NCBI GenBank assembly: GCA_963833225.1
Contig: CAWHXD010000008.1
Coordinates: 384,001-448,000 of the forward strand
Source of the DNA: an uncultured Chloroflexia bacterium
GTDB lineage: Bacteria; Chloroflexota; Limnocylindria; Limnocylindrales; CSP1-4
Length of the DNA stretch: 64,000 bases
Direction: 5' to 3'
Positions 53,237 to 64,000 of this stretch are shown in pieces. The position numbers were made by a program, and so were the translations under genes. Position 1 is the first letter of the stretch. Each line of letters begins with the position of its first letter. A model generated the notes under the pieces. That model did no database searches. It saw only the letters and a list, made by a program, of their open reading frames with translations, and was not told where the DNA came from.

Positions 53237-53911
53237 ATGGACACCCCCGACGCCTTCGTCGACCGCCCGGACCTGCACCTCGGCGAGGCACCCGTCGGTG
53301 CCCGGCCCGGCGATCCGCTTCCGATGTCCGTTCGTGGCTTCCGCATCCTCAATCGCTTCCTGATGGTGCCGTTGACCCGGGTGGGACTGGGGGCGTGGCT
53401 CTCGTCGCCGGTCGGAGGCGCCATGGTGCTGCTCCGGATCCGGGGCCGGAAGAGCGGGATCGTGCGTGAGACGCCGCTCAACTACGTGATCGCCGAGGGA
53501 TCCCTGTGGGTCATCGCCGGGTTCGGGCCGCGGACGGAGTGGTATCGCAACCTGGTTGTCGATCGGCGCCTGGAGGCGGTCCTGCCCGGCCGGGTGGTCA
53601 CCGGCACCGCGACCGAGGTGCGTGCGCCCGCCGTCCGCCGGCGGATCATCCCGGCCCTGCTCCGGTCGACCGCAGCCCCGTCGCTGCTCGCGGGCCTGGA
53701 TCCGTGGCACACCCCGGTCGATCAGCTGCTGGAGTCGATGGCGTACGTCCCGCTGCTGCGCATCGACCCGGACGACGGTCGCCTGACCCCGGGTCCCGAC
53801 GACCCCGGAGGACATGGCTGGATCTGGCGCCAGGCGCTGGTCCTGGCCACCACCCTGGTCGTCCTCCGTCGCGTCGCCAGGTTCGCCCGTCTCGTTGGCC
53901 GCTCGGCCTGA
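53237..53911 (+). CDS. Deazaflavin (F420)-dependent nitroreductase-family protein with C-terminal extension
   Basis: LLRIRGRKSGIVRETPL...AGFG...EWYRNL matches the DDN/FDOR-A pattern. Confidence 0.8.
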   Translation: MDTPDAFVDRPDLHLGEAPVGARPGDPLPMSVRGFRILNRFLMVPLTRVGLGAWLSSPVGGAMVLLRIRGRKSGIVRETPLNYVIAEGSLWVIAGFGPRTEWYRNLVVDRRLEAVLPGRVVTGTATEVRAPAVRRRIIPALLRSTAAPSLLAGLDPWHTPVDQLLESMAYVPLLRIDPDDGRLTPGPDDPGGHGWIWRQALVLATTLVVLRRVARFARLVGRSA

Positions 53912-53975
53912 CCGGCTCGCTCCCGCTGTCGTCCCTGCCCGCGGCCACGCCGCCGCGGTTGACCGCGACGCGGCG

Positions 53976-54461
53976 CTAGGGCTGCGGGTAGCCCAGCGCC
54001 GCCCAGGCCGGTCCGCCGGGCTTCTCGATCAGCTCGACCAGCACCCCGTGGCAGGACCGGGGGTGGAGGAAGGCGACCGGTCCCTCCGCACCCTTGCGGG
54101 CGACCGTGTCGATCAGCTCGATCCCGTCCATCTCCAGGCGCATCAGGCTCTCGGCGATGTTGTCCACCTCGAAGCACACGTGATGGAACCCCTCACCCTT
54201 GCTCGCGAGGAAGCGCGCCACGCCAGTGGAGTCGTCGTCGGGCTGGACGAGCTCGAGCTTCGACTCGCCCACCGGGAGGAACGCGATGGTCACCCGGTCA
54301 TGCTCGATTGGCAGGATCAGGTCCACAGCCAGGCCGAGCATGTCGCGCCACAAGCCGAGCGACTCGTCGATGCTGCGGACGATGACGGCGACATGGTGGA
54401 CCTTGCCCAGCTGCCGGATATGGTCGGGCAGCCCGTTGACGCGTCGCGTGGGATCGCTCAT
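53976..54461 (-). CDS. mce: Methylmalonyl-CoA epimerase
   Basis: HHVAV, LELVQP, GEGFHHVCFEV, FLHP...GVLVELIE; adjacent to the mutase. Confidence 0.93.
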   Translation of the reverse strand: MSDPTRRVNGLPDHIRQLGKVHHVAVIVRSIDESLGLWRDMLGLAVDLILPIEHDRVTIAFLPVGESKLELVQPDDDSTGVARFLASKGEGFHHVCFEVDNIAESLMRLEMDGIELIDTVARKGAEGPVAFLHPRSCHGVLVELIEKPGGPAWAALGYPQP

Positions 54462-54476
54462 GGCGGTGCCTCCCGT

Positions 54477-56201
54477 TCAGACGGTGATCAGCTCGCGGTG
54501 GACGCCCCAGGTGGCCCGGAGCCGGTCCGCGATCTCGCCCACGGTGGCATACGCGGCGACGGCCTCGATGATCACGGGGAGCAGGTTGGTGTCGCCGCGC
54601 GCCTCGGCCTCGAGCCGGCGCATCGCCGCCTCCCAGGCGGCCGGGTCACGCTCGCTGCGGACGCGCCGAACGCCCTCGACCTGGCGTCGCTCCCCCTCCG
54701 GGTCGATGCGCAGGAGGACCGGCCGGGAACCGGGCTCGTCGTCACGGAACTGGTTGACACCCACGACGACGCGGTCACCACGCTCGATCTCGCGCTGGAC
54801 GCGGTAGGCGGATTCCTGGATCTGGCGCTGCTGGAACCCGCCCTCGATGGCCGCGAGCGTCCCGCCCATGGCGTCGATCTCGGCCAGGTAGGCGGTGGCT
54901 GCCGCCTCCAGCTGGTCCGTAAGCGACTCGACGAACCACGATCCGGCCAGCGGGTCCGGCGTCTCGGTGACGCCGGCCTCGTACGCGATGATCTGCTGGG
55001 TCCGCAGCGCAAGGCGGGCCGACTCGACCGTCGGCAGGGCCAGGGCCTCGTCTCGCGAGTTGGTATGGAGGCTCTGGGTGCCGCCCAGCACCGCGGCCAG
55101 CGCCTGGAGCGTGGTCCGGACGACGTTGTTGTCGATCGACTGCGCGGTCAGGCTCGAGCCCGCGGTCTGCGTGTGGAACCGGCACATCAGGCTCTTCGGA
55201 TTCCGGGCGCCGAACCGCTCGCGCATGATCCGCGCCCACATCCGGCGGGCAGCCCGGAACTTGGCCACCTCCTCGAACAGCTCGGACCAGGCCGCGAAGA
55301 AGAAGGAGAGCCGGGGCGCGAAGTCGTCCACGGCCAGCCCGCGGCCCACGGCCGCCTCGACATAGGCGATCCCATCCGCCAGCGTGAACGCCAGCTCCTG
55401 GGCAGCCGTCGCCCCGGCTTCGCGCATGTGGTAGCCGGAGATGCTGATCGTGTTCCAGCGGGGCAGCTCGCGCGAGGCGAACTCGAACACGTCGGTCACC
55501 AGCCGCATCGAGGCGCGGGGTGGGTAGATCCAGGTCCCTCGGGCGACGTACTCCTTGAGGATGTCGTTCTGGGTGGTGCCCGACACCTTCGCCCGCTCGA
55601 CACCCTGCCGCTCCGCCGCCTTGACATAGAGCGCGAGCAGGATCGGCGCCGTTGCGTTGATGGTCATCGAGGTGCTCACGGCCCCCAACGGGATCCCCGC
55701 GAACAGCGTCTCCATGTCGGCCAGCGACGAGACCGGCACGCCGACCCGGCCCACCTCCCCATCCGACTCCGGGGCGTCCGAGTCGTAGCCCATCTGGGTC
55801 GGCAGGTCGAAGGCGACGGACAGCCCCGTCTGACCCTGGCCAAGCAGGTAGCGGAACCGCTCGTTGGTCTCGGCGGCCGTCGCGAACCCCGCGTACTGGC
55901 GCATGGTCCAGAACCGGGACCGGTACATCGTCGCTTGGACACCCCGCGTGAACGGGTACTCGCCCGGCAGGCCGATGTCCCGTTCCGGGTCCATCGCGGC
56001 CACGTCGGCCTGGGTGTAGATGTCCGCCACCGGGATCTCCGATGTCGTCACGAAGGCGTCCCGTCGCTCGGCCGAGGCCGCGATGGCCTTCGCCCGCGTG
56101 GTCGTCCGCCAGCGCTCGACGTCGGGGCCCGCTGCCGCCTCGCGACCAGGCTCACCGGCGTCGCCGGCGGTCCCCTTCCCTACCCTCGCGTCCTCGTCCA
56201 A
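54477..56201 (-). CDS. Methylmalonyl-CoA mutase, substrate-binding (large) subunit
   Basis: [47 protein letters not shown]; no fused B12-binding domain. Confidence 0.93.
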   Translation of the reverse strand: MDEDARVGKGTAGDAGEPGREAAAGPDVERWRTTTRAKAIAASAERRDAFVTTSEIPVADIYTQADVAAMDPERDIGLPGEYPFTRGVQATMYRSRFWTMRQYAGFATAAETNERFRYLLGQGQTGLSVAFDLPTQMGYDSDAPESDGEVGRVGVPVSSLADMETLFAGIPLGAVSTSMTINATAPILLALYVKAAERQGVERAKVSGTTQNDILKEYVARGTWIYPPRASMRLVTDVFEFASRELPRWNTISISGYHMREAGATAAQELAFTLADGIAYVEAAVGRGLAVDDFAPRLSFFFAAWSELFEEVAKFRAARRMWARIMRERFGARNPKSLMCRFHTQTAGSSLTAQSIDNNVVRTTLQALAAVLGGTQSLHTNSRDEALALPTVESARLALRTQQIIAYEAGVTETPDPLAGSWFVESLTDQLEAAATAYLAEIDAMGGTLAAIEGGFQQRQIQESAYRVQREIERGDRVVVGVNQFRDDEPGSRPVLLRIDPEGERRQVEGVRRVRSERDPAAWEAAMRRLEAEARGDTNLLPVIIEAVAAYATVGEIADRLRATWGVHRELITV

Positions 56202-56212
56202 CGGGGCCTCCG

Positions 56213-56862
56213 TCAGCTGATGACGACGAGCAGGTCGCCGATCTCGATGTTGACGCCCACAGCGACACCCACTCGTTCGATCGTGCCGTCCCTGGGCGCC
56301 CGGAGCTCGTTCTGCATCTTCATCGCCTCCACCACCAGGAGCTGCTGGCCGGCGGTCACGGCGTCCCCGGCCGCCACCGAGACCGCGACCACCTTACCCG
56401 GGATGATCGCCTTGACCTGCAGTGGTCCGACCTGTCCCCCAGTCGCGCGACCCTTGCTCGCCCGCTCCCGGAGTGCAGCCAGCCGCTCGTCCTCCGCTTC
56501 GACCAGGAAGCGGAACCCGTCGACGATCACCTCCCGGGAGCGGATCCCTCCGACGCCGGTCGTCGTGGCCTCCAGCACCAGGCGCGTGTGGGTGCCGGCC
56601 TCGACGAGCCGGTGATGCCCGTCGCCGAGCGGCAGGAGCTGGGCATCGGACGGGCGGTCGTCGACCAGCACGTGTCTTTGCGCAAGGACATCCCCCTCCG
56701 TCGGCGCCTCAGGAGACATCGTCACACCGCCGAGCGGTCCGTGACCGACACCCGGGTTGGTCATCCGCAGGGCCGGGGCGGGGCGCACCACGCGCATCGG
56801 ATGATCGTCGGGGTCCGCCGTCACCGAGGCGAGACGGACGCGGATGGCCCGCGGCTCAGGGG

Positions 56863-56866
<4 letters not shown>
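56213..56866 (-). CDS. Biotin carboxyl carrier protein of acyl-CoA carboxylase
   Basis: IPGKVV...EAMKMQNE biotinylation motif. The ATG overlaps the accC stop. Confidence 0.88.
56674..56689. promoter_or_regulatory. Candidate non-canonical parS site, copy 1 (inside the BCCP gene)
   Basis: tGTCTTTGCGCAAGGACa. Confidence 0.65.
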
Positions 56867-58437
<1,571 letters not shown>

Positions 58438-58457
58438 CGAGGACTCCCTGGTGGTGC

Positions 58458-58473
58458 GTCCTTGCGCAAAGAC
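58458..58473. promoter_or_regulatory. Candidate non-canonical parS site, copy 2 (pccB-accC intergenic)
   Basis: GTCCTTGCGCAAAGAC, the reverse complement of copy 1. Confidence 0.65.
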
Positions 58474-58485
58474 AGCACCTCGGGC

Positions 58486-60039
<1,554 letters not shown>

Positions 60040-60073
60040 GACCTGCTGCTCCCTCCGGGTCTGGGGCTGTGTC

Positions 60074-60089
60074 GTCCTTGCGCAAAGAC
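60074..60089. promoter_or_regulatory. Candidate non-canonical parS site, copy 3 (pccB leader)
   Basis: cGTCCTTGCGCAAAGACg, just downstream of the pccB -10 TATGAT (60105-60110, minus strand). Confidence 0.65.
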
Positions 60090-60240
60090 GTCGGGACGGG
60101 ACTCATCATAGAGGGGCGGAGGATCGCCGCCAGATCCGGACGGCAGGCCGTTCAGCCGCAGCACCCTCGTGTGTCGGTGTCGTGAACGGGATGTTGCAGC
60201 CATGTTTCCGTTTCCGCGGGGCATGCATTGGGGAGGCAGA

Positions 60241-60282
60241 TTATCCACAGAACGGTGTACAACTCGCATCATGTGTGGACAA
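60241..60282. promoter_or_regulatory. DnaA boxes upstream of parA
   Basis: TTATCCACA (60241-60249, +), TTGTCCACA (60274-60282, -) and degenerate TTGTACACC (60254-60262, -). Confidence 0.75.
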
Positions 60283-60377
60283 CCCGCCCACGGCCGCACC
60301 CGGCGCGGTAGCATGCGCACACGGCTCACCGTGAGCCACCCGGCCCCGTGCCGTTCCGATTTTCCGAGGTGGTGTCC

Positions 60378-61148
60378 TTGACGCACGTGATCGCGATTGC
60401 CAACCAGAAGGGTGGCGTCGGCAAGACGACGACCGCGATCAACCTCGCGGGTGCGCTCGCGGAAACGGGCCTGCGCGTACTCCTGATCGACATGGACCCA
60501 CAGGCGAACCTCACCGCCGGCGTCGGGATCAATCTCAACACCGTCGACCGCTCGATGGCGGACGTGCTCGCGGACGGCCGATCGACGCTCACCGAGGCCA
60601 TTCTCCCGACGGAGACCACCGGCATTGATGTCGCGCCCGCGCACATCGATCTCGCGAGCACCGAGGGCGAGCTGTTCACCGCGCTCGGCCGCGAGTCCAT
60701 CCTTCGCGAGGCCATGCGCGAGGCCATCGATCCCTACGACTACGTCCTCATCGACTGCCCGCCCAACCTCGGCCTGCTCACGGTCAACGGGCTGGTTGCC
60801 TCCGAGAGCGTGATCATCCCGGTCCAGACCCAGTTCTACGCGATGAAGGGCCTCAACAATCTCGTGAAGGTCATCAACGCGATCCGCCTCAAGCTCAACC
60901 GGGACATTCGCGTGCTGGGCCTGCTGCCCACCTTCTTCGACGGACGCACGAACCTCGCCAAGGACATGCTCGACGAGCTGCGCGTCGTCGGTGATCACCA
61001 TGTCTTCAACACCATCATCCGCAACACCGTGAAGCTCGGCGAGGCCCCCCTCGTCGGCCGGCCAATCACGTCGTATGCCAGCGGTACCGAGGCCGCGAGG
61101 TCCTATCGTGAGCTCGCCCGGGAGGTGATCGAACTTGGCCAGGCATGA
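60378..61148 (+). CDS. parA: Chromosome partitioning ATPase ParA/Soj
   Basis: [33 protein letters not shown]; GAGGTGG RBS before the TTG. Confidence 0.96.
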   Translation: MTHVIAIANQKGGVGKTTTAINLAGALAETGLRVLLIDMDPQANLTAGVGINLNTVDRSMADVLADGRSTLTEAILPTETTGIDVAPAHIDLASTEGELFTALGRESILREAMREAIDPYDYVLIDCPPNLGLLTVNGLVASESVIIPVQTQFYAMKGLNNLVKVINAIRLKLNRDIRVLGLLPTFFDGRTNLAKDMLDELRVVGDHHVFNTIIRNTVKLGEAPLVGRPITSYASGTEAARSYRELAREVIELGQA

Positions 61149-62148
61149 CTTCCGCGCCGCAGCCGCCCGTCGACTGTCCGAGGATCGCGAGCTCCCGCCG
61201 GCGATCGTCAGCCTCCTGTCGCCGGAGACGACCCATCGCTCGACCGGCGTCAAGGTCGTCCCCGTCGACCGGATCGAACCCAACCCCCAGAACCCACGCC
61301 TGTCCTTCGAAGAGGGCACCCTCGAGGAGCTGGCCGCCAGCATCCGCGAACATGGTGTCCTCCAGCCGATCCTCCTCCGCCCGTCCGGCGAGAACCGCTT
61401 CGAGCTGATCGCGGGTGAACGCCGCTGGCGGGCGTCGATGCTGGCCGGCATGCTCTCAATCCCCGCGCTGGTCGAGGAGATCGACGACGACACCGCTCTC
61501 GAGATCTCGATCATCGAGAACCTCCAGCGGGAGGACATCTCGCCGCTCGAGGAAGCGGTGATGTTCGACCGGATGGTCAAGGAGCATGGCTATAGCATCC
61601 GCAAGCTCGCGGAGAAGCTGGGCAAGGACAAGGGTTATCTCGAGAACCGGCTGCGGCTTGCCGACGCCCCGCCCGAGATCCGCGAGCTCGTGTCTTTGCG
61701 CAAGGACACGCTGTCCCACGCCTACGAGCTGATGAAGGTCCAGGACCCCCGGAAGCGCCGGAGGCTCGCCGAGCAGGTTGCCCGCAACGAGCTGTCCCTG
61801 GTCAAGCTCCGGGAGCGGATCGAGGGTCGTCCTGCGCGTCGACCCGCGCCCGATGCGGCCGCCGAGGACCAGCTTCCGATGTCCGGCCTTGCTGACGCTG
61901 ACGACGAGCCCGGCGACTGGGCAGCCCATCAGGGCGCCGCGGAGCCGGTGCAGGACGACTCGCTGGTGGTCGCGAAGCAGCAGCTCAACAGCGCGGTGGA
62001 GGACCTGATCGACCTGATCCGGAACCCCGAGGTGCTCGAGGCCATTGGCTCAACGGACCGGTCCAACCTCGCCAAGTACCTGACCATCGCGAAGCTCCGC
62101 CTGGAGAATGCGATCGCGGTCGTGCGGACCGGGGACCCCGACCGCTAG
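61135..62148 (+). CDS. parB: Chromosome partitioning CTPase ParB/Spo0J with divergent HTH
   Basis: [37 protein letters not shown]; [25 protein letters not shown]. Confidence 0.95.
   Translation: MARHDFRAAAARRLSEDRELPPAIVSLLSPETTHRSTGVKVVPVDRIEPNPQNPRLSFEEGTLEELAASIREHGVLQPILLRPSGENRFELIAGERRWRASMLAGMLSIPALVEEIDDDTALEISIIENLQREDISPLEEAVMFDRMVKEHGYSIRKLAEKLGKDKGYLENRLRLADAPPEIRELVSLRKDTLSHAYELMKVQDPRKRRRLAEQVARNELSLVKLRERIEGRPARRPAPDAAAEDQLPMSGLADADDEPGDWAAHQGAAEPVQDDSLVVAKQQLNSAVEDLIDLIRNPEVLEAIGSTDRSNLAKYLTIAKLRLENAIAVVRTGDPDR
61692..61707. promoter_or_regulatory. Candidate non-canonical parS site, copy 4 (inside parB)
   Basis: cgtGTCTTTGCGCAAGGACacg; the palindrome extends to 22 bp (61689-61710) with one mismatch. 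Confidence 0.65.
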
Positions 62149-62186
62149 AGGCCCGCCAGGCCCCCGCCCACCCGTCCCGGCAAGAG

Positions 62187-62218
62187 TGAAGCCGGCGCCG
62201 ATACCGGCGCCGGCTTCA
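62187..62218. terminator. 14-bp stem-loop between convergent genes
   Basis: TGAAGCCGGCGCCG-ATAC-CGGCGCCGGCTTCA. Confidence 0.65.
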
Positions 62219-62265
62219 TGAGTGCTGGCCGCCCAACTGGGCAAAGGCGGCAGAACTGTCTGTGG

Positions 62266-62822
62266 TCAGCCCCCCGAGGGCTTGCCGTGGCCGTGGGCCT
62301 TGCCGGCGGCGGCCTTCGCCGCGGCCTTGGCCGCCTTCTGGGCGGTCTTCTCGGCGGCCTTCGCGGCGCCCTTGGCGGACTTCTCGGCGGCCTTGGCCTG
62401 GTCGGCGGCGGTGCACTGCTCGAGCGTCACGGTCGCCGGATCGACGATGCCGGTCAGGTGGGCGACGCAGGAGACGAAGGCTCCGTGGTTCGCAAAGCCC
62501 TCCGGGGTCTCCATCTGGGCCGCCGCGGAGACCATGGACCCGTGGGTGTCGGTCCCCGATCCGTCCTCGGTGGCGGGCGCCTCGGTCGGATCGGCCGGCG
62601 TCCGCGTCCTGGTCGGTGTCCTCGTCCTGCTCCGTGTCCTCGTCCTGGTCGCGTGTCCTCGGGAGAGGCGGTGGGCTCGGCGGCAGGGTCGGACTGCGCG
62701 ACCGGTGCCGTCGCCGGGGCGAAATGGGGCGCTCCGGCAAACACGGCGCCCGCCGAGAGGGCCAGGACGGCGAGAGCAACGGCGAGGCCGCGGAAGCGGT
62801 GAAGCAGATGGACCACGGACAT
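62266..62822 (-). CDS. Secreted hypothetical protein (acidic repeat, Lys/Ala-rich tail) with two +1 frameshifts near 62651 and 62600
   Basis: GAGGAGG RBS; signal peptide (AVFA); DQDEDT-type repeats; THGSMVSAAA..NHGAFVSCVA; KAAAK tail. Spread over three consecutive frames. Confidence 0.7.
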
Positions 62823-62966
62823 AGAAACCCTCCTCGGGTCAGGCTGGTTCGACACTCACAATAACGCTGGTGACGCCCAATGCGTTAGGCGTACCTCCGT
62901 TCTGAGGCACCCCGGACCAATGGGGTTTCGCGCACGCACCACCTGACCGGGGTGGGGTCCAACCGG

Positions 62967-63878
62967 TCAGGCAGCCGGGAGTGCCGCTGAGGCGCCCACG
63001 GCACCCAGCCATGCGACCGCAAGGAGCCCGGTCCCGATCGCCTGGACCTCCCACGCCAGCTCCCGGAGGCCAACGCCGTCCCGGCCGGCTGCCATGATGC
63101 CGAGGACCGCACCGCCGAGCGGGGTGACCGACGCCGCCAGCACCGCCACCACCCATCCCATCGGTGCCCCGACGTAGGCCGCGGTCGCGGTCGCGAGCAG
63201 GGCCACGACCGCATGGAGCACGAGCACCAGGCCCGAGGCGCCCGTCCGCCCCAGGGCCAGGGCGATCGAGCGGTTCCCAGCCGCCTCGTCGCGCTCCATG
63301 TCCACGATGGCATTGGCGATGGCGAGCGCGGTCCCGGCGTTGGCGGCGGCCGGGACGAGCACGAGGAACAGGCCCGGGAGCGCCCCCGTCGCCCCGAACC
63401 ACCCGTACACCGGCAACAGCGGGATCCCCACCGCGAATGGCAGCCACGAGAACGTGGTGCCCTTGGCCCACAGGTCGTAGCCCAGCCCGATCCCGAGGAT
63501 GAGGGTCGCGAGGACGAACAGCGCGGGTCCGCCCACGAAGGCGAGGAACAGGCCCACGGCGCCACATGCCGCCGCGGCGATCCCCGCCTCGCGCCTGGTC
63601 ACGAGACCGTCGGGGATGGGCTTGCCCGGCTTGCGACCGGCGTCGGCGGGGGCATCGACCACATCATTGACGGCGCCGATCGCGAACTGGATGGCCGTCA
63701 TGGAGCACCCGAGCAGCAGGGCCGTGGCCAGTCCCCCACCGGCAACCAGCGCGATCAGCGCCACGACGGCGCCGTCGAGCACCGACGGGAACGGGTGGAC
63801 GAGCCTGAGCGCCGCGATCACGCGGGCCGGATCGACCCGCCCGGAGCGCAGGGCCTCCACCACGCCGGGAGTCGACAC
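62967..63878 (-). CDS. UbiA-family prenyltransferase
   Basis: LRLVHP, NDVVDAPAD...KPGKPIPDG, NAIVDMERD; multiple TM segments. Confidence 0.85.
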   Translation of the reverse strand: MSTPGVVEALRSGRVDPARVIAALRLVHPFPSVLDGAVVALIALVAGGGLATALLLGCSMTAIQFAIGAVNDVVDAPADAGRKPGKPIPDGLVTRREAGIAAAACGAVGLFLAFVGGPALFVLATLILGIGLGYDLWAKGTTFSWLPFAVGIPLLPVYGWFGATGALPGLFLVLVPAAANAGTALAIANAIVDMERDEAAGNRSIALALGRTGASGLVLVLHAVVALLATATAAYVGAPMGWVVAVLAASVTPLGGAVLGIMAAGRDGVGLRELAWEVQAIGTGLLAVAWLGAVGASAALPAA

Positions 63879-63912
63879 CGGCCCGGTGGAGGGGCCCGGC
63901 GCCGCGCCCCCG

Positions 63913-63999
63913 TCAGACGTAGACGAGCTCGTCGAAGTTGGCGACCAGGAACTCGATCAGGCGCTGCCGTCCGTCCGCAACCTGGGACCGGATCCCGGG
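63913..63999 (-). CDS. 3' end of an unidentified CDS entering from the right edge
   Basis: ...PGIRSQVADGRQRLIEFLVANFDELVYV* with GC3-rich codons. Confidence 0.6.
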   Translation of the reverse strand, partial: PGIRSQVADGRQRLIEFLVANFDELVYV

Positions 64000-64000
64000 A

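Noticed and set aside
60040-60377. oriC
   Set aside because: Only 2-3 DnaA boxes, no clear AT-rich unwinding element and no dnaA/dnaN in the window; kept as a regulatory site only.
63878-63916. CTGA-coupled start for the UbiA gene
   Set aside because: The CTG overlapping the upstream stop is not in the UbiA frame (offset 38 nt).

Overview
A high-GC bacterial chromosomal core region. Gene content and protein style suggest Chloroflexota, possibly a Limnocylindria-like lineage, but this is inference. From left to right: a PfkB kinase, rsmI, a two-gene NAD synthetase (glutaminase subunit plus nadE), an apparently circularly permuted family-5 solute-binding lipoprotein, an opp/dpp ABC operon, gcvT-H-PA-PB, a NUDIX hydrolase, a DUF2520/PanG-like protein, acnA and tRNA-Val(CAC). 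Next is a long dcw cluster (mraZ to ftsZ, then yggS/yggT/yggU; murC and murE absent), a LysM protein, several orphans, RNase P RNA, RNase HI, sdhCDAB, sucCD, an F420-type reductase, a propionyl-CoA/methylmalonyl-CoA operon (pccB-accC-BCCP-mcm-mce), parAB and a UbiA-family gene. I found no CRISPR array, transposase or integrase. The strongest signal is an identical asymmetric 16-bp near-palindrome, GTCTTTGCGCAAGGAC, present four times within about 5 kb around parAB, including once inside parB. That ParB has substitutions at the usual parS-specificity residues, so this is a candidate non-canonical ParABS centromere system, with DnaA boxes in the parA promoter. Also notable are a 130-bp symmetric nested inverted-repeat element and a G-quadruplex-like tract upstream of mraZ, many leaderless and non-canonical starts, and five +1 frameshifts that look like merged strain alleles (assembly artefacts). 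All calls come from motif recognition by eye; no database searches were run.
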